64,000 bases of DNA from Ancylonema sp. (Eukaryota). Position numbers and translations under genes: made by a program. Location of the stretch: positions 1 through 64,000 of the forward strand of contig JBFLGF010000003.1 of the NCBI GenBank assembly GCA_050230475.1, read 5' to 3'. Positions 51,701-64,000 of the stretch are shown piece after piece. Numbering within the stretch: the first letter of the stretch is position 1; each line of letters starts with the position of its first letter. A model generated the notes under the pieces. The model saw nothing but the letters and a program-made list of their open reading frames with translations, was not told the origin of the DNA and made no database searches.

Positions 51701-53207
51701 ATGGCGATGCCAACTTGTCCGGGTCTGATACTTCGGCATTCCGAGCTCGTGATGTTTCAACATCGCATATATGCTTCATCTGGTTTTTCCCACCCACAAC
51801 ATAGAGGTAGAAGAGGTGCCAACTCAGCTTTTGGTGGTGGCAATTTATTCACCTTGTTGAACACATGCATGTTTTGTACGTATACTGCACTTGATGTGGA
51901 CAGGAAAAAAGGCAAAAATACAACAATTATGCGCATTTTGGATAGCCCGTGGGATGATTGAATCTTATATCTTACGGAGCTGCTTGCGATATGAGGAATA
52001 TCAAATAATACAGTACATTCTGTAGTAATATTCTGTGTTATCAGCCCAGCTGTTTCTGTCGGTGTCCATGATTAAAAGTGAAAACCTCCTTCGATGTATT
52101 ATTCTATTTTTTCTGTAGCCTTGTAGCCTTGTATAGCCTATATATATCATAGCCTTGTACATTGTTGTGCTCCTAAATAGTGGTCCTTACAAAGGATACA
52201 GGGGGCTGCAAACCGTACCATTCGTGAATGCTTTCGAGAGTGAGACACTGTATTCATATCTTCCATGTACTCTCCGACTCCTCTTGCAGATCGGAAGTTG
52301 TGGAAGGGTAACAAAGCCAAGCCTGTTGCTGTTGCTTCTCAGGGGTCTCGTGATGATTTACAAGGAAGGACTGTGGTGGCAAGTGCCTAATATATATATA
52401 GACCACTACCTATCTTACTCTTTGTTGTCTTTGTATGATGCATTTACTTCTGCATGCATCATTCAGATTCATGCGTCCTGTCCAGCCATCCATTGTATTC
52501 ATATTCCTCCTGAAACTCGTCACTAGCTGACTAATAATATCCTCCCCTGCTGGGTGGCAGATCATTGGCTTGGGCAGATCTGGCAGAGCAGCAGCACATT
52601 TAGCCCTCGTCCGTGGAGCTGCCCGTGTGATAGGTCTCGACACGAATCCTCAGGTGCTTCGATTGGAGGTGAGATGGATTCCTTTTGAGTCCAGCAGGAC
52701 AAACGATGGTCGCAGAAAGTGGACCCGGCGAGTTGGAGTGTTATGTGTGATGTGTGTTGGCGCCTTTGAGACCACTCACATGGCATGCAATCCTAGCCTC
52801 TCCTTTGTGACACACAGGACGATGCCACGTTTCCCGGATTCGCAAGAGGCAGAGTGCGCACAGAGACGGGCGCACATCAGGCGGCAACGCTTGAGCAAGC
52901 AAGTCTCATGGTCCTCTCTCCAGGTGTTCCTCTATCTCAGCCTCAGATCGCAGAGGCCCTCAGGCAGGTACCAGCCTTGCAATTCATCAACACCAACTTT
53001 CTTGGCTCCATGGGAGCCCATGTCAGTGCGTTCAACGACACACGACTCTGAATCATCATCATCATCCACTCATCTGCTTTCCGTATCCAGGGCATCCCTG
53101 CTGTATCCGAGCTGGCCTTTGCAGCAGAGTGCCTGCCACAAGATCTACCTATCGCTGCAGTTTCTGGAACGAATGGGAAGTCTACCGTAACTACCTTTAC
53201 GGGGCAG
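51701..53207 (+). pseudogene. murD: murD 5' half, diverged unit 2, truncated after the P-loop exon
   Basis: Open exons through [15 protein letters not shown] and SGTNGKST, followed by (TCTCATAG)n and a junction into ndhU sequence. Confidence 0.8.
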
Positions 53208-53321
53208 GTTCGAATCGCTTTCCGTTTTGCTGCAAAATAATTTTAGGACCCTGAACCATAACTCCTCATAGTCTCATAGTCTCATAGTCTCATAGTCTCA
53301 TAGTCTCATAGTCTCATTAAC

Positions 53322-54116
53322 CTCAGCAGATGTAGAAACGCGAGAAACTCCTAGCCGCCCGAAGTGATCGACAAGAACAATGTCTGCGCAGAGAAAGCAA
53401 AGAGTATTCGTTGGGTCTGAAACCCCCAGTATTCTACCGACTCATGATCATTTAACAACATCTGCTAAACCTGCAGCGAAAAGAATATGCAAGAATTGCT
53501 AACACAAATGTCTGGGGGTAAGAAGAATTTGCGTTTCATTCGAGGGTTGTGTGTTGCTTTGCACGTGAAGATAGGGCGCATTAACAATGTTCTGAGGATA
53601 AGCTTTCCTCCTCGATATAGCAAGTTGCTGGAAAAAGGAAGGGACAGCGGTTTTCCAGGGCCACTGACAACCGCTGTGAATGCCCTTGGGAGCCTGGTAC
53701 CCGAAAATCAGATACCAAGACAAGTCCCATCGTTCTATCGCACAGCTAAAATCGAAGGTAAGTCACACGGGTGCATAAGACCCAGCGACGTTGCCAACAT
53801 CAATACGTGACTAGGGTGCATCGGAATATCAGTATACCGTCTCGTGAATAAACAGAGACAAAAATCCTTGGCTCGGTCAACTCTTATCTTTTATCAGACT
53901 TCCCTCACCTGCTCTTTCAGAGCTTGGCGCAGATCCTGTGGCTACTTCAGCTCGGACTGGACTCCGGCGCGGTGAAGAGATACATGACGGGCGGCATACT
54001 CCGGTAGCGGGCCATGCGATTTGACTGCCAGTTAGGAAAGGCTTCGAAGAAGATCCGGCTGGAGAAAGCAATGCGGTCGTCTTTCCAACAGCTGACATTG
54101 GCAATGAATAGGCCAT
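53322..54116 (-). pseudogene. ndhU: Truncated ndhU (exons 1-2 only), unit 3
   Basis: Exons 54116-53909 and 53383-53322, then the duplication junction. Confidence 0.8.
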
Positions 54117-54759
54117 CACATGCAGCAATCCGCAGAGTTTGTGTCCTCAATGCTGAAGGAATTTGAGGAGATTGCGGGTCGCGTAGAGCCGTAGAGAGTT
54201 AATGAGAGAGATGTGGGAGGAAAAGCCTAGGCTCCTGGTATGACAGTTGGCGAGCACCCCTGGATAGAATCGGGTTCCGTTTAGACTCCACTGCCTGAAT
54301 GAGTCCGCCGTGGCGTAGAGGAATAATTTCGCTACAGTACTGCGACAGCGTGTATTGCGCCGTTATTGTTACGCCATCGAAGTTGCCGCCTAGCCGCGCC
54401 AACAAGTGACACCTTCAGCTGACACAGCGGCACCGGCGCTTGATGGAAAGTCAGGCATGTAATCTACTTTTGTACTCACATGTGCATGCAGATCAAGTAT
54501 ATTATGTATATTATATTATGCATGCAACGGACGACGATAAAATGCAAGGTCTTGATGAGTAAGAGGACGTGGCTTCGTAATTTTTCCAAAACGCACAAAG
54601 ACTCGCGATTGTGTCACCCACTGTATTTAGAAATGGCTTCGTTTGAAGTTCTGGCAATGTCGCCATCAAGAATCCTCTGAAAGGGTCCGCGGCTAGCTTG
54701 AAATCGAAAGTATATATCACATTGCATCTTCCCTAACGTACAGTACGGGTTCGGTGGTG

Positions 54760-57700
54760 ATGGTGATGCCAACTTGTCCGGGTCTGACACTTCGACATTC
54801 CGAGCTCGTGATGTTTCAACATCGCATATATGCTTCACCTGGTTTTTCCCACCCACAACATAGAGGTAGAAGAGGTGCGAACTCAGCTTTCGGTGCCGGC
54901 AATTGTATTCTTCTTGTTGAACACATGCATGTTCTGTACGTATACTGCACTTGATGTGGGCGGACAATATCCGTTTGTGGCATGGCATCTGGCCTGCAAA
55001 AATTCTGCACGTTCTGGATAGCCCGTGGGATTATTGAATCTTATCTCTTACGGAGCTGCTTGCGATATGAGGATACCAAATAATACGGTACAGTCTGTAG
55101 TAGTATTCTGTGTTATCAGCCCAGCTGTTTCTGTCGGTGTCCATGATGAAATGTAAAAATCTCCTTCGATGTCTTAGACTATTTTCCGGTAGCCTTACTG
55201 TGTCCTTGTACATTGTTGTGCTTCTAAATAGTGGTCCTTATAAAGGATACAGGGGGCTGCAAACCGTACCATTTGTGAATGCTTTCGAGAGTAAGACACC
55301 ATATTCATGTCTTCGTGACTTCCATGTACTCTCCGACTCTCCCTGCAGATCGGAAGTTCTGGAAGGGCAACAAAGCCAAGCCTGTTGCTATTGCTTCTCA
55401 GGGGTCTCGTGATGATTTACAAGGAAGGACTGTGGTGGCAAGTGCCTACTATACATATAGCTGTATCTGTCTTAGGCCTTGCTGTCCTAGTATGATGCAT
55501 GTACTTTTGGATGCATCATTCAGATTTATGCGTCCTGTCCAGCCATCCAGTGTATTTACATTTTTTCTGAAACTCGTCACTAGCCAACTAATAATATCCT
55601 CCCCTGCTGGGTGGCAGATCATTGGCTTAGGCAGATCTGGCAGAGCAGCAGCACATTTAGCCCTTGTCCGTGGAGCTGCCAGTGTGATAGGTCTCGACAA
55701 AAATCCTCATGTTCTTCGATTGGAGGTGAGATGGATTCCTTTATGTGTAAAAAAATACCACACCGCTGGAATCGTGATGAAAGGTATCACGGGTCCAGCA
55801 GGACAATCGGTGGTCGCAGCAAGTGGACCAGGCGAGTTGAAGTGTTATGTGTGGTGGCGCCTTTGAGACCACTCACAAGGCATGTAATCGTAGCCTCTCC
55901 TTTGTGACACACAGGAAGATGCCACGTTTTCCGGATTCGCAAGAGACAGAGTGCGCACACAGACTGGTGCACATCAGGCGGCAACGCTTGAACAAGCATG
56001 TATTATGGTCCTCTCTCCAGGTGTTCCTCTATCTCAGCCTCAGATCGCAGAGGCCCTCAGGCAGGTACCAGGCTTGCAATTCATCACCACCATGTTTCTT
56101 GCCTCCATGCGAGCCAGTGTCAGTTGGTTCAACGACACTTGTTTAACCCCTGAGGTTTATAAGCCAGTGTCGAGTTGCGAGAGTTGGCATTCCCGTGAAT
56201 AAGATCAAAATAGAAGCCAAACACACAACTCTGAAGCCCACTCATCTGCTTTCCGTATCCAGGGTATCCCTGCTGTATCCGAGCTGGCCTTTGCAGCAGA
56301 GTGCTTGCCACAAGATCTACCTATCGCTGCAGTGTCCGGAACGAATGGGAAGTCTACTGTGACTACCTTTACGGGGCAGGTTTGAATCGCTTTCCGTTTT
56401 GCTTCAAAATAATTATAGGACCCTGTACCACAACTTCTGATAGTCTGATAGTCTGGTAGTCTGATAGTCTGATAGTCTGATAGTCTGATAGTCTGATAGT
56501 CTGATAGTCTGATAGTCTGATAGCCTGATAGTCTGATAGTCTGATAGTCTGATAGTCTGATAGTCTGATAGTCTGGTAGTCTGGTAGTCTGATAGTCTGA
56601 TAGTCTGATAGTCTGATAGTCTGATAGTCTGATAGTCTGATAGTCTGTGCCGTCAGGCCCAGGCAGCAACCTCGAATTCTGATTCCAATCCGATCCGAGT
56701 GGTGATTTTTTGAGGAGGCGAATGCGATCCGAGTACTCCATCGTTCCCGAGCCGAGTAATCATATTTGCTGAATCGGTTTGATTCGCCCTCCTATTCCTG
56801 TCCAGTTTTTGGAGTCTGCTGGCTTGCATACATTTGTGGGAGGCAATCTGGGGACTCCTTTTTCAGAGGCCGCCTTGGCTTGTCTAGCAGCACCGCCAGG
56901 CAGTTGCCCATACCAGGTATGGAAGCTCACTCAACGCCTCGGAAAGTAAAGTACTGTTTTGGTACACTAGGCAGCTCTTCCTCCATGCCAATCGCCGATA
57001 ATCTCAGAACCATCTGCTGTGCAGGCAGCTGTGGTAGAAGTGAGCAGCTACCAGATGGAGCTTCCGGGACTCTTTAAGCCAAAGGTATGCTGTGCTCCTG
57101 GCTTCATTCTGGCTTCAACCAGATCACAGTGCATGCCTTGCTGGCAAAACAGCAGTAGGTCGGGTTGGCAGTGACAAGGGCCTCCCTCCAGGCAGCAGTG
57201 ATCCTGAACCTCACCCCAGACCACTTGGAGCGCCACAAGAGCATGGAGGCGTACGGAGAGCACAAGTGTCGCATGTTCGCGAGAATGGAAGCTGCTGACC
57301 TGGCCGTCATCCCTCAAGGTCAGCACACCTCCCTTGTATCATTTGTAGTAGCAGGTAGGATGGAAGTAAGCTGCAAACCGCATGTACCTGCTTGTGAGGA
57401 CCTGTCTGTGATCCTGGGGAGAAGAAGCATGAGCTGCTGCTGCGTGCATGTGGATGCAGATAATGCTCTACTTCGCCAGCTGGCCAACCGGGCTGGGGGT
57501 GGAGGAACTCGAGCCTGGCTGGGGGGTCTTCCCGGAGTCCAGGCAAGGCCTTCTAGGAATAAATAAAAATCAATTGCTTATCACGAGGGCATTACCTCTT
57601 AGAGAACGTGCCTGCGCAGTGACATCTGACGTCCATTCTGGTGTGCAGGTCGACGCCCTTTCCCGACGAGCCATCCTGAGTGTGCCCACCACAGGGGCAG

Positions 57701-59131
57701 AAGCTATGCTCTACCTCACCAGTCTGAAGGCAGTGGGAGCGCACAATGCAAAGAATGCTGCCACAGCTGCGCTCCTGGCCTTGGGGTTGGATGTGGGAGT
57801 GAATGAATCGCATCTTCAGGAGGCCGTTGCCACACTCCACCCTCTGCCGCACCGCATGGAAGTCGGTGGGATGCTGCTCCCATCCTCCCCTATCTCCATC
57901 TACATCTCTATCTCCATCTCCATCTCTATCTCTACCTCCATCTCTTTCTCCAACTCTATCTCTATCTCTACCTCCAATTCTATCTCTATCTCTATCTCCA
58001 TCTCCATCTCTCTATCTCTCTCTATCTCCATCTCTCACCCTTCTCTTTGTCATGCCGCTCTTCTCGCAACTAGACAGGGCAACGGGAGTGAGGTGTGTGT
58101 GGCATGCCAGTACACAGGTCACTGACGTGGCTCTCCCTATCAGCGAGGTCATAAATGATGCTCTGGTTCCCTTGCGCTGATGTGGCAGTGTGCACGGATG
58201 AATTGAAGCGAGTGTGGATCAACGACAGCAAGGCCACCAACGTGGAGGCCACAGCGGTTGCCCTGCAAGGCCTGGGGGGTCGCAAGGCAGTGGTGCTCCT
58301 GGGGGGAGTGGCCAAGGTAAGCCAATGGATACTACGCAGCTAGAGGGTGGGTCTCCATGGGGGGTCATCATTCAGTCCTGACTCCTCCGTCCTCAGTGCT
58401 GTCCAGGCTGGGAGTGATGGGAAGAGTCTGGGGTTTGAGCGGCTCCTGACTCTGTTGAACGCGCACCGAGCTGTGATCACGGTGAGGGGGGCACAGATAC
58501 AAACACTCTTTCACGTCTCGGGTTGGGTACCTCTTCTATTGGCTCCCAGAAATGGAGTGATCACTGTTGATTGGATGCCCTGGGGCTCGGCCTGCTTTCT
58601 GACGCAGAAAAAGGGACTTGTTGTGGTGTGATTTTTTTGGATCGAATCACAGTTTGGCTCGTCTGGGAGCAGCGTAGATGAGGAGCTGCGAGATGGGGGA
58701 CTCACCATCCCCCTACTCTGCGCGCACACCATGGCTGATGCTGTGGAGGTGGCACGCAGCCAGGCCCTCGCCGGTGAGTGGTGGTGAGGCTATGTGATAA
58801 GGAGCTAAGGCATGCATGTTGTGAACACGTACCGGTGCGTGGGAGAGGTCATCCGTGAAAAAATGCATGCTATAGATGAACGCGGAGTATAAGGAAGTGT
58901 CGGTAAGGTCCAAAAAAACTTCCGTACCTCCAAAGAAAGAAGCATGGAGGTCCTGATGTATGAGGAGGATGCATTTTTTTTGCAGTGCAATGATGGGCAA
59001 CAACTTTGGTGTGCATGTTCGCAGGGGATGTTGTTTTGTTGAGCCCGTCATGTGCAAGTTTTGACGAATTCTCAAATTTCGAGCATCGTGGCGAAACTTT
59101 TAAGATACTAGTCCTCCATGGGTCCACATAA
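54760..59131 (+). CDS. murD: UDP-N-acetylmuramoyl-L-alanine:D-glutamate ligase (plastid peptidoglycan synthesis), about 14 exons; start uncertain
   Basis: Spliced motifs [75 protein letters not shown] and [20 protein letters not shown]; stop at 59129-59131. Confidence 0.94.
56437..56647. repeat. (TCTGATAG)n microsatellite in a murD intron; related arrays at 50464-50515 and (TCTCATAG)n at 53265-53316
   Basis: Direct reading of 8-bp units with occasional TCTGGTAG variants. Confidence 0.97.
57890..58035. repeat. (TCTATC/TCCATC)n simple repeat in a murD intron
   Basis: Direct reading. Confidence 0.9.
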
Positions 59132-59611
59132 TAATTTTATCTAATGACGACATTTGTGACAATCATCAGCACAATACTTGTCATAAGTAAAATTAATGTG
59201 GGTTATTTACTATCGTGGATTGAATTATTTTTGCTCAGATGTGAAAATGCACCCAGTGTATGCTTCTTGACAAATGCAAAGCCTTGAACCCATTTCTTTT
59301 ATGAGTGATTGATTGCTGACGGAACCCCATAAAGAGCTTGCGAGCGCATTTTATCAGCGATCTGCTTAAGAAGGGTTAGGACGTATTGAAATTTTGTGCA
59401 CACCAGTACTCAATAAGAGAAGTGTAAGACATTCACGTCTGTTTTTTGTGGTATGATGAGAATAACCATGCCACTCAGAGGTATGTTGAAGGTTATCAAC
59501 AGATTGAATGAGGGGTTGGATACACCATACATCATATATCATGTATAGCGATCATATCATTCTATCGTATATCATCTTTGGATTGTGTTACGAGGCTCTA
59601 CCACTGGCAAC

Positions 59612-59840
59612 TAGGGTTGCAAGCCTTGCGTTTACAAATTACAATCATAATTCGGAATCCGACATCTGTAATCATGGGACCAATGTGTAAAGATGCAATA
59701 TGTGATTCACGATTTTTTGGTAATGAAACAAACGTAAATTTACACTACAAATGTAAAAATTACGGGATGACGCGGAAGTGCGTAAATACGCTCGTAAATC
59801 ACGAGGGCCGAACCCGAATTACGCAAATTTCGCAACCCTA
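59612..59840. mobile_element. hAT-type MITE
   Basis: TIRs TAGGGTTGC / GCAACCCTA; 8-bp TSD CTGGCAAC / GTGGCAAC. Confidence 0.78.
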
Positions 59841-60559
59841 GTGGCAACTACCAATAAAGTAGGTTATAACAAGTCATTGGTATTTGAGTGCCAGCAACCA
59901 AATAGAAGTACATGGATATCATGTTCTCGAACTCTACCAGTGTCGTGCTATCTAACATCGTGGCATACTCACACGTGTCATGCTATCACTCTAACGAACA
60001 TCACCATCAAATGCGCAGCACAGATGACGAAGACTTCAATTGCGTGCCCGCACACTCCGTACATTTTGTACAAGGATCCTCCAACACATGCTTCATACGT
60101 ACTATCCGCACATGTTGTGCCGGTGCTCGCATGCATCAATTTTTATTCATGTAGTGTGGCTGGTATAATTGACACATCAAGGAGAGTATGATACGAATGT
60201 ATCGATCTGAGGACTGACAATGTCGACAGAGTGTATGGTGCAACTATGCCATGCTATAGTGGTTGATATTGTCGGCTTTCCTACAACCTCTAATTATTCT
60301 ACATAGTGCACTTGGACTTGGACTAATATATCCTCAAGAAAGTATGATTGCAAAATTTGGTTAAGGCTATAAAAAAAATCATGACAAAACTCCCCTTTTG
60401 CCCTAGAATATCGTTATGAATATTGACGCATCATTGTATTGAGACGCATCATCAATCATTATCAATGTGTGCAATTAATTATTCACATGTTATTGACCTC
60501 AAATGTTTCAAACATTATGTTTGCATTCAGAATTCGAAGGGCCCCTCCACACTCAACCT

Positions 60560-61070
60560 TCATGGACATCGATCGGTACGTGTATCCGTGTCCGACACGG
60601 TCTCTATCCGACACAGCGAATCTGCGTTTCTGGGTCCGATATAACGAACGACACGGCCCGTGTCATGTGTTCCCGATACGTTTCTGAGACGGAGACGAGA
60701 GTCCAACCAAAATGCGTGTCCGAATTTTATAATCGTATTTTTGTTTGTTCTTCTTGTGGCGAAATCATTACGTTTTCATTTTTCGATTTTTTTATAGCAT
60801 TTGTAGCTTCTCGAGTTACATATTCTTGTGCTAGAGCAGAACTTGGTGAGATAAGGTTCCCGCTGTATCTCAATAATAATAGTCTCTCAATAACAATAAT
60901 AATAGCACCACTCTCTCTCCCTCTCTCTCTTGTTGTTTTTTACAGCAATTCTCTCATTTTTAATTTTACTTTTACAGGGATACGGGACGCGGGCTGTTGG
61001 GTCACGGGATTTCGAGTTCGCGTGTCGGGCAAACTTCAATAAAATTTGACGTGTCTGACCGTATCCATTA
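60560..61070. mobile_element. Possible degenerate MITE
   Basis: CGTGTC/GACACG motifs cluster at both ends around an AT-rich core; no clear TSD was found. Confidence 0.35.
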
Positions 61071-61269
61071 TACATACCAGTGCATCGCCTACTCAAACAT
61101 CGCTCACGAGGCATTTAAAATTTTCGACGACGAAGTCCTCGCTTAGAACCCTACTCGGGTGTTAGCCGCCAGGTTAACAACGTGCTAAGATAGGGAGAGA
61201 AGCAAGCGTTCTTGACTTCACGTTTACTGCAGCCGCAGTCGCTGTATTATAGCCTCTCAACGTTCGGCA

Positions 61270-64000
61270 ATGGCTGATGAGGAAGTCAACGTGCCAGGTG
61301 TAGTGGTTGAAGAAACTCCAGCGGTGGCAGAATATGCGGAACCCTCGGAGGTGCCAGTATCTGGGGAAGCATTAGCAGTTGAAGATCCGCCGGCAGCGGA
61401 GGCGCCCACCATTGAGGCGTCTCCAGGTGTTGAGGACGTCCCTACGACGGAGAATGTGCCCGAGGCACAAGAAAGGGTGAAACGGAAGTTCGAGAATGTG
61501 GAGAGTTCTGGACCAGACGCAGTCAACGGACAGCAGGTTGTGAATGATGAGCAGCAGGGAGCTGGAGGGTTCGATGCGGAAGCTGCAAAACAGAAAGCCG
61601 CAGACCTAGCTGCCAAGTTTGCCTTGGAAGGAGAGGCGAAGAGGCCGAGAACAGACGAAGCTTATGACGGGAACGGAGACTATGGTTTCCCCGCAACAAC
61701 AGAACCTGCGTCATCCGCTCGTATCTCTGGCTTCTCTGATGGTCCTGCCGCTTACAACGGTACGATGGCTGACAAGCTATCAAGGAGCACGGAAAACAAG
61801 GGTATGCGTATGCTGATTGTTCTTACAATTTTCTGCTGCAGAGGCTCCCCCTGGAGCTGGAGGCGAAAATTATAGTCACGCTCCAGACATGTCTCAGCAG
61901 CAATCTTATTATCAGTCCGGTGGTGATGGATCAACGACCAAACGAATGGAGGGTCCGAATGCCAAGGTGAGTATGACAAGGGATGTTCCAGCTTCCGTCG
62001 TATTCCTCACTATGCTTGTGATTTTTAAAACTAAACCTCTCCACCTGTTTTTTACAGGTTGGCCTTGTAATCGGAAAAGCAGGAGAGACCATCAAGTATC
62101 TTCAGCAGCAGTCGGGAGCTCGCATTCAGGTCACGCGGGATGCGGAGATTGATCCCAGTAATCCTACAAGGCCAGTGGAGCTCGTTGGAACTCCGGAGCA
62201 AATAGAGCGAGCCGAGACACTTATCACAGAAGTCATCAGCGAGGTTGGATGGTCTGTCTTTCCACCGATGTCTAGCTAGGAGGTGTCCAATCACAACTTT
62301 CTTCTCTTCTCTGGTGTCTTCGGTAGAATGCTGGTGAAGCTTTATGCGGCGGTCAGTTGGCGATGCTCATGTTTGCTTGGGTGTGTGGAGGCACAGCAGG
62401 CAGGGATCGGGGGCTCTGGAGCTCTGGTAGCTCGGGGTTTTGGAGGACCGCCTCCAGATGCTATCAGCATTACGGTGCCGAACAACAAGGTGTGCGCTAA
62501 TACCTGTTGGGTTGGAGTGGTGAAGAGCAGTGATATGTGCATTCGGTGGTTTCGTTTCCAGAGTTTTGGATGTCTCGTATCTTCTATCTTGCGAAGAGCT
62601 TGTCTGACTTGATCGTGCGAAGTGGTTGAGCAGGTCGGCTTGATCATCGGCCGAGGTGGAGAGACCATAAAAAATCTGCAAATGCGTTCAGGGGCACGTA
62701 TTCAGGTGACAACCCAGACGGAAAGAACATGTCTCAAATAACAAAACAAAGGTGCACAATAAAAAAATGTGATCTGTTCCTTGATCTGTGGGGTTTCGCG
62801 AATATCGCCACACCTCATTCTGTTCCATATGGAGTGGTGTAGGTGCAACTCGGTGACCTGTAGGTGCAAAGTGATCGGGAAACAGATTCCACGGCGCCAG
62901 AGAGAACTGTAACCATCATTGGGAACAAGAGGGCCACCGACATGGCGAAGGACATGATCTTGGATGTGATTGATGAAGTAAGTGGAACCATCTCCTCCCT
63001 CTCATGTCTATGCTGCTTGCTCGAAGGTCCCCTCGTTATGCCTCTTTGCTCGCACAGTCTGGTCACTCTCCTCGGAGACACGGCAGATGCAGTTACTGGT
63101 GTCAGACGTAGGAAGGATTGGAGGAGACGGTACATTGGCAGCAACAGCGCATTCTCAAATACATACCTCAGATATGCATTCTTTGACGTATAGAATTGGA
63201 AATGGACCGAACCTGTCCTTGCTAGAGGGTGTGCATCAGCAGTGGTGTACTGTGTGTGCTTGCTGACCCTGTGGGCCCTCCGCTTCGACCTCATCCGCCA
63301 TAAGAGCCTTGGGGAGGACCTGTACGACTCGGTTACTGGAAAGTATGAGCACTCTGCTCTGCCACTAAGTGTCATCTTCTATCTATCAAGTAATCGTCAA
63401 GTAGTTGTCAATAAGTATGTGAGAACCGTTGTGCTCGATTCACCTGATTTCCCGGTTCATGCATCCGAGCATATTAGCTGTGAGTATGGCAGCATATCTC
63501 ATCACCCTGCGTTGCCAGAATGACTGCCCTGAAATGTTACAATCACAAAATGCTTTTAGAGTGTCCATGGAGGCAGTCGGCCTGGCATGCTCTCTGTGGT
63601 CGGTCGGCTCTGTTTTGTCGGAGGGGTTCCGGAACCAGTAGGAAGGCAGAGGCGGGGAGAGGTGAAGTGCCAGCTGGCAGGGCAGAGAGCCGGAGGTGAG
63701 TCAGCAAGGGTAGAGGACAGAATGGTTCGGTTCCTTCCAGGTTCCTTCCTTCATTGCGTTGCTCTCGGCGGGTATCACTCTTGCCTTCCCTCTAAGCCCA
63801 CCCTGAGTGCTGCAGTCTTGTCCACTGCACGGATGCACGGATGCTGTGAGAAATCTGCGAATCACTGAACCGCCCCAGAGGCCCTTCCACTGCCCCAACC
63901 GTCTCCCCCTCGTCCCTCACAGCCGTAGGACCCACAGGCTCACTCACACCTCTGACTCGTGATTGGCAGAACCGTCCACGTGGGCCGCCAAACTTTGGGG
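61270..64000 (+). CDS. KH-domain RNA-binding protein (FUBP/KSRP-like), 3' incomplete; last clear exon ends at 62977
   Basis: Two KH GxxG motifs across spliced exons: PNAK/VGLVIGKAGETIKYLQQQSGARIQV and PNNK/VGLIIGRGGETIKNLQMRSGARIQ; acidic N-terminus. Confidence 0.88.

Larger units (their letters stand above)
47346..56480. repeat. Three tandem units of about 3 kb (ndhU 5' part, shared promoter, murD 5' part)
   Basis: Units 47346-50515, 50517-53316 and 53317-56480. Units 1 and 3 give identical ORF tracks at an offset of 5972; unit 2 is visibly diverged; there is an N at 50516. Confidence 0.93.

Noticed and set aside
56205..56741. (DYQTIRLS)n ORF
   Set aside because: Antisense reading of the intronic (TCTGATAG)n array.
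57448..58125. 225-aa ORF with an ISISIS tract
   Set aside because: It is one murD exon read through into intronic simple repeat.
48788..59131. Bacterial contamination, or three functional murD paralogs
   Set aside because: The gene has spliceosomal introns and eukaryotic neighbours, and only one copy has the 3' exons.
63000..63900. Short ORFs inside the KH-gene intron
   Set aside because: No recognisable motifs or in-phase splice sites that I could support.

Overview
Intron-rich eukaryotic nuclear DNA from a plastid-bearing streptophyte, probably a charophyte alga or early-diverging land plant (inferred from spliced murD, ndhU and an Fe-S-less APR-B). Host genes reconstructed by hand from splice sites: a CYP86-clan P450, APR-B, a SAM-dependent methyltransferase, RPA12, an F-box/JmjC JMJ22-like gene, neurochondrin, ndhU, murD and a KH-domain (FUBP-like) gene. 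Between them lie hAT and PIF/Harbinger MITEs, a pogo remnant, CRE-type non-LTR fragments, V-ATPase F and AOR gene fragments, and intronic 8-bp microsatellites. The most striking signal is a family of decayed Gypsy-type elements that carry a DNMT3-like cytosine methyltransferase in line with an integrase and a C-terminal PHD finger. One copy (39.3-42.35 kb) can be rebuilt across a nested solo LTR with a 5-bp TSD, and a second DNMT copy sits at the window start. Also notable are a spliced LINE-ORF1-like gene and a tandem duplication of the ndhU/murD bidirectional promoter, part of which is probably an assembly artefact. All calls come from manual reading; no searches were run.
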